Assembly: GCA_977016875.1 (NCBI GenBank)
Contig: CDRNST010000188.1
Location: 2,604,001 to 2,668,000, forward strand
From: Pavona decussata
Lineage: Eukaryota
Direction: 5' to 3'
DNA length: 64,000 bases
Below are positions 13,051-25,200 of the stretch, one piece after another. The notes beneath the pieces are model-generated. The model was not told the origin of the DNA and made no database searches. It saw only the letters and a program-made list of their open reading frames with translations. The position numbers and the translations under genes were made by a program. Position 1 is the first letter of the stretch, and each line of letters opens with the position of its first letter.

Positions 13051-14666
13051 TCTGGTGATAAAGTTGTAACTCTGTAAGCCACACGGTAAGGTACAAAAGC
13101 AATACTTTTAACATGGCTGTAGTGTAGGATGCATTTTGAGCAGCTCGGTGTTAGTGAAGTGACCATCTGAGCAGATGTTTCTTGAATTAGGTTAGCGAAA
13201 GAGCGTCGTGACTGAAGGGTTTTCCGAAGGGGAATTTGTTCGTGTTGCTGCTCAGGGAAACTGTATTTTAGGACTGTGGTGACACTTCATCTCTTTGCCA
13301 CAATTTATAAACAAAACAGCTTTAGTGGAGAATCAAGGTTAACTTTCATTTCGGTCACATAGCGATTTGACATATAGTTTTTGAAGACTCGTTCTCCATC
13401 ATACCGGTATTGTTTTTTTTTTCTCCTGTGAAGTTTCTGCAGTGACTACGTACTGTTCCTGTGTTTACGGTTATAGTGATCACAAGTCCACGTTTTTTGT
13501 GCTTAAATAATTCTGACTTAAAAATTAAAAGGACTTCTGCAAAAACAAAATGTATTTGCTTTATCTATCCTGGCGAATTTCAAGGTTCAAGGCCGTGTTT
13601 TGGGGAGAATTTGCCTATCGGCTCTTGTGACTTCTATCCCGCGTCCGCAAAATTTCACGTGTTCAGACGTGAGCCCGTGTCTCGACTCGGGTACCGCGGT
13701 ATATACCATTGAGAATAGATATTTATGTAAGGCGCACAAAACTATCGTGACTGCTTGTTACGCCTTCATACGAAATGAAAGAAATGAGATAGACGATAAA
13801 TAAGTTCATCCAGTTCGGTGAGATTAATTAGCAGGGAAAGGAACAAGGCAAAAGCAGCAACTCGTGTGTAAGGTATAGTTTTATTGTTAATTTCGCTTTA
13901 GAAACCTCAGTATGTCGTGATTACTTACTACTTAACTCGTCTTCTGTAATTATGTAAAAAGGGATCGGTCTGACTTCATCTAAGGAGAACTGGCCTCCTG
14001 TAAAAGGTTTTGAATACAGCGTTTGACTAAAAACAGATTGAAACGGTGGTCACTCAACGGGGACTATTTATGACACAGTAAACCGACAGTAATTTGCATC
14101 GCGCTGAAACATCTTGTTATTGCGAAGTTTACAAGCTCAGTGAAAGCGAAAGTTGAAAATGCGGATAATTTCAACGCTAGTCTTTGATAAGATTTTCTTT
14201 AAACTGCCTCAAAACTCCAAAAGCCGAATTGAATCTTGATGGACAGGATTCTGTGTGAAGGAAGACGGTTCTGAACATTTACAGCAACAAAATAGATTTG
14301 ATTTATTGTCTATTCTAATCATGTCACGCAATCTAAACACACATTAAAATTCTGAGTTGCAACCACTACATGGGACCTTCGTGACAAAAACTCATAAACC
14401 AAATGTAGTAAACTAAATTGCTATCAACTATACCAGTTCTTTCACATTGAAAGTTTTCGTCACTTCACTTGTTTGAAGCAGAGTATGCAGTTTTAAAATT
14501 TGCCCTCTTTTCAGGCTTATGTGAATAAATTTGTCGGATGAGGTTGTTTATGAAGTCATTTCTGGTCGATGTAAAGCTTCTTCGCATCCACTTTAATTCA
14601 AAACGACAAGGGATTCCAGACCACAGGAGCCTATTTATAGGCCCGTTTCAAACACTGTTCCACTAA

Positions 14667-15249
14667 TGCGCCGAACCTGACCCAACTAATTCGCCAAACC
14701 TTGCAGAAAAGAAGTAAACAGTTTTCACCGAGTCGCATAATCAGGAATTCTGTAAAAATTATGAGCCTGGTCTTTTTTAGTTATCGCTATAAATAGCCAT
14801 ACAATAAGAGAAAATTAAACTTTATCACTGGGTGATTTTGCATGACTTTTTCTGAACATTTTTGTTTCGTTCCCCTCGCTCGCTCTCCTTCGCGTCTCTC
14901 GAGGGGCCTGGAACAGGCTATCTAAATTAAGCACACTGAAATCTTAGCGACTTGAAAAACAGAAGAAGAGTTTCGCGGGGATCAAGCGATGGTCACGTTT
15001 GGCATTATTTCACGGTTAAAACTTCAGGCTGAGGGATTTTGAGTCAATTGCAAGCCCGCAAAACAATGAGTAAGGCACATGACAGGAGCGGCGTATGAAT
15101 CACTTCCGCTCCGGTGTCGAATCAGATCGGTCGGGCAGACATTGTCGAACTCAACGACGTTTGCCGAAGAAAATTAAAACTGTCACACCATACTGATTCA
15201 GTCGTCGTTCGTTCCCGAACTTAGTTCACCAGTCAGGTTCGGCACATAA
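14667..15249. mobile_element. MITE-like element with terminal inverted repeats
   Basis: atgcgccgaacctgac ... gtcaggttcggcacat. Confidence 0.55.
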
Positions 15250-15354
15250 GATTGCAGCGGCGTCCCGGCGGATCAAACTTCTTATTCCCTTTGGTTCATT
15301 TTAAAGGGTTCAGTATGCCCCGGTTGAAATACTGTAATAATGAGTTGTGTGTTG

Positions 15355-15965
15355 GTGGTATCGAAAACGAACTGAGCACTCGAAAACGAAGACCGAAGCA
15401 CGAAGCACCCCAAAACTCGAAAACGAAGCACCCAAGGTCGAAAACGAAGCACCCTAGGTCGAAAACGAAGCACCTTAAAACTCGAAAACGAAGTACTCTA
15501 GGTCGAAAACGAAGCACCCTATTTTCAATCAATTACAATCACATCAACAGAGGCGACAAACCAAGTTTATGTTGATTGGATAGATAGATAGATTGTTGTT
15601 AAAGAACTAAAAAGCTTTTGCAGAAGAAAAATATCAACAAAAGGTAAAGCTTGACATGCTTTATTCACGTGGAAAGCAGGAAATGCCACTTTGAAGTGTT
15701 TACTTTTAATTCTGTCAGGGCTGCGGAAATTCATTTTCAACAACTCGCAGTTGAATAGTTTTGCGCAGCACTCTATCCGTTATCGCGCTTGATTCGTGAC
15801 TAAATTTCGACCCTGAATAAAACAAACAAAACCCTAACTGTGAGTCGGCCTTAAAAACTGAGTGCTTCGTTTTCGAGTTTAAGGGTGCTTCGTTTTCGAC
15901 TTAGGGTGCTTCGTTTTCGAGTTTTGGGGTGCTACGTGCTTCGGTCTTCGTTTTCGATACTACCG
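15355..15965. mobile_element. Foldback-type element with modular TIRs built from about 20-bp subrepeats
   Basis: The cgaaaacgaagcacc array at 15360-15520 is mirrored by a ggtgcttcgttttcg array at 15858-15965. Confidence 0.8.
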
Positions 15966-16389
15966 GCGTTGTGTGTTAGTGTGTTCATTGACCTTTGCAT
16001 TTCATTAAGAGAATTGAGATAAATTGCGTAGTGTTAGTCACTGAGAATTATTAAGTAAGCTTAAGCCTTGTTAGCCCGGGACTTCCTGCAATCGTCCAGA
16101 TTACCTTTCTAAATACATTTTCTAACTATTGCGATCGAAACTGCGTAAGATATCTCTCGTTTATGGAATAAATATGATGGCATATTTCAAGCCTGGTGAA
16201 TCAATGAGAATGATGTATTATTCTAGATACATCATTCTGTAATGATACATCATTCTCATTAATTCACCAGGCTTGAAATATACCAACACATTTATTTCAT
16301 ATACCACACGTTCAACATTCAAATCCTAGCAGTATGCAGGATATTTTTCCCATGAACCTAGTTTAATGGCATCAGCTCCCTTAGCTCTT

Positions 16390-16895
16390 AGTAAGTAAGT
16401 AAGTAATTTATTTAGTGTCAAATACACAGGGGGTGGTCTCCCAGTCCCCCGAGCCACAGGCTCATGATATAAGTGTTTGACAGTATAAAAAAAAAGATAA
16501 TAACTACTAATTAAATTAAAAAGTAACATCTAAATATAAATAAATAAAAATAAATCGGGTCAGAGGCAATTGCTGCATTGACAGCCGTTAAAATTTAACT
16601 TAGTTAAAAGTCTCCGAAAGGATGATGCATTAGGTGCGTTTTTTACAGCAGATGGCAACTGGTTCCAGATGTGTGAGATCATGTACGCATGTGAGCCATG
16701 AAGGAATCTACTATTGTATGAAGTTTGTACAACATTTAGACCATTGCTTCTAAGATTATATGGTGTAACTCGGGATTTGAATAAATTGGCTACATAGCCT
16801 GGACCATTCTCCTTGAAACATTTAAAAAATATCATCAAAGATTGTTCTATGCGTCTATGTTCCAATGTATTCATGTCTGCCATCCTAAGAATTGA
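16390..16895 (-). mobile_element. LINE (CR1/L2-group) 3' fragment with short tandem tail
   Basis: TLEHRR..IFFKC...PGYV..LF...YNLRS....IWNQLP is a typical ORF2 C-terminus, followed by a taaataaa(ttac)n tail. Confidence 0.8.
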
Positions 16896-16899
16896 TTCA

Positions 16900-17960
16900 T
16901 GCCTCTTTCTTCCACCCTACAATTTACGAATTGTCCCATGGTCCTTAATAAATTGTGATCGCCTTGATACGCTTTTATTCAATCCTATCGAGCGGCCTGA
17001 ATTATGCAATCCACTCTCTTGCTATGTTGACCCTGATTCAAATTTTGCTGCTCGTCCTCCATCTAGTAAATACGTTTTCGCGGAAGAACTCAATAAAGAA
17101 ACTGACACTGCAAATAACACAGCCAGCTCCATTATCCATTTAAATGCTCGCAGTTTGACCAGTTTGCTCTGAATAGTAAACGCAAACCATTCTCTGTTGT
17201 TGGTGTGTCGGAAACTTGGCTAAATGACGCCACTTCAGAGCTGGTAAACATCACTGGTTACAATTTTGTCTCTAGCCATCGTAATTCTAAATCCGGCGGA
17301 GGTGTCGGTATTTATTTACAAAATGACCTTGATTACAAACTTCGCCCTGAATGTAATTTCTCAAATCCTGAATTAATTGAATCACTTTTTGTGGAAATAA
17401 CTCAATAACTGTTCCCCAAGAGAAAAATATCATTGTCGGCTCAGTTTTCTTGACCACCGAATTATAAGGTAGCCTTATTTCTGGACAATTTAATGGAATT
17501 CTCTCTAATATATCCAAAGATAACAAACAATGCCACGTGATGGGTGATTTTAATTTAGATTTTCTTCAACCAATCGTCACTCGGCCACCAAGGAATTCGT
17601 CGATAGTTTATTTTTACACCCATTTATACCACTTATTTCGACGCGCAACACCTCTCACTCCGCGCTATATTCACAACCTGTTTTTCAAGAAATGTTTTAA
17701 GCGGCATTGTTATAAACGATTTATCTGACCACTTTCCGGTATTTACGTATTTTCGCGATGAAGATCTTCCACGTAGTAGTTTCTGAAGCGCATAATTATG
17801 GCACCAGAACAGCCAACCACTATCGATCGCATTCTTGTCGAAAAAATCTTAAGCAATTTACAGTCCTTTACCAAGGTCCCAAAATCTGGAACTCTCTCCC
17901 AATATCAATCACTTCTTCATCTATTTTTTTCACCTTTAATTTCACCTTTAATTTCTTCCA
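16900..17960 (+). mobile_element. Degenerate LINE: APE endonuclease joined to the ORF2 C-terminus
   Basis: HLNARSL, SETWL, GGGVGIY, MGDFN and SDHFPV are spread over broken frames, then HNYGTR..YQGPKIWNSLP. Confidence 0.85.
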
Positions 17961-18718
17961 ACCGAAGCTTTGTAAGTTCCGTCATTGTGGGTTATGAAGC
18001 CAGTGCATGGCAATTGAACTTCTTTGTTATATGTTTTTGTTAGCATTTTGACCTTGATCGGCACAAACCACATGATAGATTTTGAAATGTGTTGGAGCAA
18101 CTGACCAATAGAAACGTGGCTGTTAAAATATTCAGGTGTATTGTGAACGTTAAAACAAAGGATTATGCACGGTCGCGGTCGCCTTCCAACATAAATTGCA
18201 GCTCCATTGTTTTCATGGCAAGCTGGTTGCCAATCAGTAACAACAATGGATTTTGTGAGGTTTTGACTTTCAGGTAGCCTCTTGCCAGGAATTGCCTGGA
18301 AATAATCCATTTACCCATTTTTGATAATTGTGGTGTAATTCCTCTGTTTTTCAAACCGTATTTACAAGAACACCAAGTACCACTTGTTTGTTACCTTGAA
18401 TTACTTTTACCTTCCTTCTATAACTTAGAAAACTAACTAGTGTAATTTAATTCAAAGGAATGATTGTCGAACGAAAACCTATTGTGTATCAGTACGTAAG
18501 GTGGCTTCGACGGCTGTAAACACTTTCCATTGCGTATAATTTATGACAGTAGGCGTGGTCTTAAATCCAGCCCTTCTTGTTGGATAGAAACCATTTGTTG
18601 AGAGAGTGGAGAAAGCTCCTTCGCAACGACTTTTTAACTTAGATTTTCATCCGCTTTTATTAAGTTTTTATATTGCTCTCGTAGCGGTGTTATACCAATT
18701 GTTTCACATAGTATAACA

Positions 18719-18928
18719 NNNNNNNNNNNNNNNNNNNNNNNNNNNNNNNNNNNNNNNNNNNNNNNNNNNNNNNNNNNNNNNNNNNNNNNNNNNNNNNNNN
18801 NNNNNNNNNNNNNNNNNNNNNNNNNNNNNNNNNNNNNNNNNNNNNNNNNNNNNNNNNNNNNNNNNNNNNNNNNNNNNNNNNNNNNNNNNNNNNNNNNNNN
18901 NNNNNNNNNNNNNNNNNNNNNNNNNNNN
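18719..18928. other. Assembly gap (210 N)
   Basis: Run of N. Confidence 1.
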
Positions 18929-19246
18929 CTTCTTATCCCTTTGTAAACTTTTGTTTTGTTCTCACTTTTAAGACCTAAAGAAATTTAGAAGACCGGCTTT
19001 GCCAACGCAGTATTTACACTTCAAACGCAATGAAATCTAGCGTAAAAAAGCTGCGTAGTACGTTTCGGCGAAAATATGCTTTGTATTGCAAATAAGGTTC
19101 AAAATAATACAACTCCAACGCTGCTTCTAGCAATCCGATCGTTGAGAAACTGCTCAATGTCCACCAAACAATCCCCTCTATTTTAGACCAACTGATTTTC
19201 TTTTCTTTTCAGATTTTCAAGGACTCTACAAATCAGGCACACGACA

Positions 19247-22200
19247 ATGGCTCTTTCACATATCAGCGATGTTAGTATTTCCCAAGATGAAGTCAAATAT
19301 CTTGAGTCAGAAGGAAGGGATTACTGCCTTTGTCACGGCATGGTTTATAAGGATTCCCAGGGAAATGTTCAACATATTCCCTTCACTCTGTATCCTTCAC
19401 CGTTTCCACAGAAGCTTTTTGCAGCTGCGAAAGAAGTGCAGATGGATTATAACCTTTTAGTTCACAAAGTCAGCCAAGATTACGACTTTACCAAGAATGC
19501 GCTGTCAAGGTATCAACAGTACTATGTGATTGGGGGAGAGGGTAACTGTACTTTGTGATTCGGGGAGGGGGTAACTTTTACTATGTGATTGGAGGATGGG
19601 GTGGGGGAGTATAGAGGGGTCCACACCATGCTTCACAGAACATAGAATAATCATTTCACATAAATCATTCGCAACATTTCTCTGCGTAGAGACGTCACAT
19701 TTTTCAGCATAAAAAATAATTTAAAGACCCATGTTCACCCAATAGGCCTTTCGCGCGTTTGTTATTATCTACAAACGCTTCTATTGCTCAGTATTTCGAA
19801 CTGATTGGTTTACCAAAATATTCACGCTGGGGTGAAAATCCTGGCGTATTCAAAATATAACAGACCAGGCAAATCGGACTGATTGATTTTGCTCCAGTCG
19901 CTCCGATTTATTTAAATCTCTGCGCCAACAAAATATGTTTACTCCCCAAAGCGCTGGAGTTATCCGTAGTTCTTTGCTTAAAGTCTCGGCGAACGAAAGT
20001 CGATGGTCTGCGTTCCTTTGATCGATGCGACGGAGCACTCGAACAGTTAAAGCCCTCAATATTGTATAGTTTTAGTACGTAAATTTGATCCTATTACTGT
20101 ACAATCTTAAGGGTACTTATTGGTCATTATAGAAGTTGGCATAAAAAGGAATTAACAGTGTTTGGCGCGATGGTAGCTCATTTAATGTCGCTTTCCAAAT
20201 AGCGCTGATCCGGTCTATCGCACTACAGGTATCGATCATGACGTTATCTCTACCTTTGGTGGTATACCAATGATATGATATTCTTAATTCGACCGTTTGT
20301 GAACCTGCAGCTTACTTGGCAGATGAGTATTTTAATTCAGTTGCCTTTGCCACGAGGAACAAACGAAGGAAACCTTCCTGGAAAACCATTCAGTTTATTA
20401 AATATCTGTTCGCTACTCTATTTACATCAATCGGGCGAATAAAATCAAATCGAACTGATCAAACTTACGTGCAAAGGTCAGATTATCGTAGAAATCAGGA
20501 ACATCGCTGCAACAAATGCATGGAATGAGACAACAAATCCTCCCGCTTCTTTTTTTCAGAGTGACAGCTATACGAAGAGTCAGAGTATATGCTTTCCCGA
20601 TAACAAAAAATGTACATTTCTCAACTGTGAAATGTCAGTTAAAAGCGACTAAAACGTCTTGTTTTGCCCGCGCAAATAAAAAATTTAATTCAAACTAACA
20701 ATAATCTGAAATGAAAGAATAATTTCCTACAAGATTACGAATTGAAAAATTATCTTCAAGATGGCCACAGAGTAAACGGAGCGGGACGCCTTGTTGGACA
20801 TCCGATTTTCCTTTCCTTACGAATGACCCTTCGTAGAAAATATCCTTAGAAATGAAATGAGAGGATGTTACACAAAGCTTGATGTCACGAAAAAAAAGGC
20901 GCTACTCGAGGAAATAAGCTCAATGGACGTTGATTATTTTCGCTATCTGGTGCTCGCTGGCGATTTTCGGATTTTTCGTCTGTGTCCGAAAATCAGCTCG
21001 GCGCGCAATGGCGCGTAATCGGTGAACATGGTTCTTCCTTACGCCAAAAGGAACTACTCAGAATAGTAAGAACTAAACGGGATGAGTAGTTACAAAGTTA
21101 TCATGCTTTATCTTCGATTATCTAGGTTGTAACAAACGAGAAAGAAAAACAAGAAACAAACAAGTAGATAAGTAAAGAAATAATAATTAAGATAGGAAAT
21201 GAAAAAAAGAAAAAAAAAAGGAAAAAGTACCTGATAATGAGTGAATCAATATTTGTACAAAGGTGTATTAGAAGCCAAAAGGAAATTAGCACAATAAGAG
21301 TTGTGGCATAGGTATTTCCCCAGATAACCGGGCCATAGGTTAGGAAGGGATAAACTCTATAGCTGAGTTAGTATATCACAAGTAACAAGGTGTCTAACTC
21401 TAGAAATAATGCCAATACTATAAACAAAATTCTATTTTTAGACGACATTACGGCTTTATATTGACGGCTACTTAGGAGAAAATATATTCCGGAGCCCAAT
21501 ACAGAATATATTTTCTCCAACGTAAGAATAATAGCATGAACTGTTGAATGATTCGAGCGAAATCCAAACTGTTTGTCAAAGAAAATAGATGATTTCTCAA
21601 AATACTTAATAAAGCTGTTGTTCATTAGCCTGCTCTCAAGAATATTATCAGTACGTCTAGATAACAATGAGATGGGACGATATATGGATACAAGAATTTC
21701 TTCTAGTTTCAACCTTTTTTATTCTTTCACTTCTTCAAATTAACCACATTGTGTTTGTTTTTCTTTGTTCTCACCATAGTACAATTGCCGCTGATCCCTT
21801 CACATCAAAACTCTTTGATATTTATGACAAGGTTTGGAAACAAGGCAATGCTCAGGTAGGTGGTCTTTACTTTGTGTGTCAGTTCATCGTGTCTACTCCT
21901 TTCTCATATCAGTTCTGCTTTCATTCGGTCTGTCTTGAATCCCACAACCCAAGGAAGTATTAGCGATGTAATCTGAAGATTTAACCACTGTTTCAGTTGG
22001 GCAGTAGGGAGATTACCAAGACTGATATCCTGAAAGGATCGTGGCCTTGAACTAGAAGGAAGTTATCAGACAATCGTTCTTCTCAGTTATATATAGTTTT
22101 AAACTGAGCACTCCGCTGTGTTCTAATTGTACATCGCACCTAACTTCTGGTTTGAACCAGGGTGGTTCCCGGGATTCAATCAAGTCAGGGCCATTTTTAA

Positions 22201-25200
22201 TTGCGACAATAAACTCAGATATGGATCAGTAATCCGACGTCTGATGTAGGATTGTTGCTAACAAATAGGGAACGCTAGAAGATCTATTGCAGGAAGCGGT
22301 TAAAGACAAGTAATACCGGCCATTCGAAGTTGTTTTATGGGACTAGTATTAACTCAGGAAACGAAGGTTTCGTTGAAAACAGTACAATGCATGATAAGTG
22401 TCTCAGTTGCCGCAGCGATTTAGAACGCCTTGAGAACAGGAATTGTTTATTAATAGTGAAGGCATTGTATGATGTAACCCATAGCGCGGGTAAACCCTTT
22501 AAAATCGGTTATGGTTTCAGATGCTTTTATCCCAAGGCAGTAAATTTGAAGGTAGGCAATCCAGAGAAAACATTAAAGGTGTGTATATTGCACTCCATTT
22601 TTAAGGCTTATACTGAACAAACATTTCGTACGTGACCTTTCTCTGATTTTCTTTCAGCCTATCTCACTGGGCCTCTTTCGTTCAGATTATTTGATTGACA
22701 CAGCCGGTGGGTTGCGTCCTGAATGTTGCACTAGTTCTGCGGAAAAAGATGGTCCAATCTACATCAAGCAGGTTGAAATGAACACCATATCTATTGGTGG
22801 TATTACGTTCTCCTGTCTTGTACCCGGCATGCACAGGTAGCTTTGAGAGTTTTCAAGGTTTTCTGGTTGTGACCATATCTAACTGAACTCAGGAGAACAC
22901 AACAGGAAAAATCCAAAACACAAACGGCGTGCCCTTTTAGTTATCAAAAACAGTGTTGTTCAATAAAACAATCCTAGCAATATCCGCAGCCACAAGATTA
23001 TCGGATTTTGTATGGTGTGCCACAGGACATTCTGTAAAAATTGGAAGGTTTATGGGCGGCAATGAACATTCAAATTCTTTGTAATGTCCTGTATTTGAAC
23101 GTCTGGCATTTGAAAATTTCTCTGGAAAACGTTCCAAAAAAGACGCGTTAACTGAAAAAAAAAAACTCCACTTCCACTTTGGAAGTAAGAAATTCATCGC
23201 TTTTCACTGTCAAAAAATAAGGGAAATTTAGTTGGGAACTCTGAAATCGCGCTGGCGATGTTCAATACTGACATGTAAATTTCAAAACTCCGTTGATATT
23301 TCAGGAATACTGGTCACAAGTCATGTAGATTGACTGTAACTGTTTCTTGTATTGCAATCTAGATATCTCTTAAAGTTGACCGGCCGACAAGAAAGCAAGG
23401 TATGTTTGCGTAAATGTATCTTGTTGTCGTTCTTTAAAAGCCAGGGACTAAAGATAAAATAAATAAACAGATAAATAAAAAATTACATATACCGAACTTA
23501 TGGTTCAGTTTGCATCTTAGGTTCCGCCAAACCATGCATTAGATGAGGCAGCTGACGGGCTTATTAGAGCCTGGGAACTGTATGGATCAGAAAGGTTGTT
23601 ATGGTCCACTTGTCCTTGTTGCTCCATTGTTTGATTTTCTTGCTTTTTTAACAACTAACATGCGCTTACGTCTATCCATTTCAGTGCTGTCATTATGTTT
23701 GTTGTTGAGCCTGACGAAATAAATATCTTTGACCAAAAGATGCTGGAATATCGTGTTAAAGAAAGGTAATCAGATAACTGAGCGATTCCCTGCTTATTTT
23801 CTGTTGGCTTAAACAACAATCATCTGATTTTAAGCAAAATTTCAGTACAATCTGATCGGCTATGGCAAACAGGCAGAAAAAGAAAATCATTCCAATCTCT
23901 TGGGTTATTCATGCCGCCTCGTTAATTTAGTAACGTTGATTTTTTTTCCTTTTATTTATTTCATTTCACTTTACTTCCTTCATTTCCATAATGGTTCCTG
24001 AAACGTTTGTCTGTAAAGAAGAGAGAGGGAGAGGTTCATTCCAGTTTGTCACTGTTCGCTGATTAAATTGTTTCAGGAGGAATGCTTTTCCTACTCAACG
24101 ATGCTTCTGGACACTCACGCCAAAGATTCCTCTACAAATCGTGTAACATGTTTACCTTAGCCTAGCCTCCCACGCTGTCGTTTTTAGGGGACTCGTATGG
24201 GGAGGAAGTAATACGAGTCCCCTAAAAACGATTGCGTGAGAGGCTACTATTAGCCTTGAGGAAATAATTAAAAGTTTTATGATTTGATTATGTGCCGTTC
24301 AGTTCCGAATTATTTGGGAATCGTTTTCTACATTTTTAAACACATTTTTCTATTCTGGCTCTGGAATGAGTCTAAGTTAACAGAAAAACGTTATAGAAAG
24401 AGGCGGGTTTATTATTATATTGTTTTTCAGTTGGCTCGACTTTCTTTGTTCTATTCGGGGGAATATATTTTTAATTAATATTTCCTGGCAGTCTGAGAAG
24501 GTGGTGGCGGCTTTGATAGTTGATAATAACAGCAGTACAATTCAATGCATATTCCTCTCGACTTAGTTCGCTACGAAGGCCCTTCAATAAATAAAAACGA
24601 ATAGTAATAAATGGACTTTCGATGTGTTTATTTAATACATTTCTAATGTTTTTTTTTTTTTGCAGAAACTCTACCGTGAGAGTGATCAGGCGAAGCCTTA
24701 CTGACATTTTTAACAACAGTGAAAAAAACGATAAGTGTCTTTTTGTGTAAGTTGTTCTTCGTTCTTTGTTAAGTCTCGCCCTTAAGTTTTGTCCCCTTTT
24801 TATGTTTGTTCTTCGTTGACAGGCATAAGGTGTAGCAAACAAAAGATTATCCTTAACATTCCAACAAATCACATTTTAACTTTATACATGCATGTTTGCA
24901 GTAGAAGAGCGCGCACGAGCTGAAAAAATGCTCACAAAATTGGCGACTGTCTGTGACATTAATCCCCCCTCCCCTCCTTTGTACCTTGGATATCTTGTAC
25001 GCATTTGCGTACATTATTCTTTCATTAATTTAACTTACTTTGAATAACTTGACAAGGTGGCTCAACTCTCGTAGGATTGAAACTTGTGGTGCACCTGGCC
25101 TCGGGAGTGAATCCACTGCTTGTTTAGTTTTGTTTGTTTGTTTCTTGTTGTTGCTGTTGCACTTGTTTTTTGTTTTGTTTTGTTTGTTTTTTGTTAAATT

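Noticed and set aside
12878-13078. MITE inserted into the first codon of a fifth orphan-gene exon
   Set aside because: It would need a 36-nt intron, too short to be credible.
15360-15965. CRISPR-like array of cgaaaacgaagcacc repeats
   Set aside because: Spacers are only 4-8 nt, the array is mirrored as inverted repeats, there are no cas genes, and the context is eukaryotic. It is a foldback transposon end.
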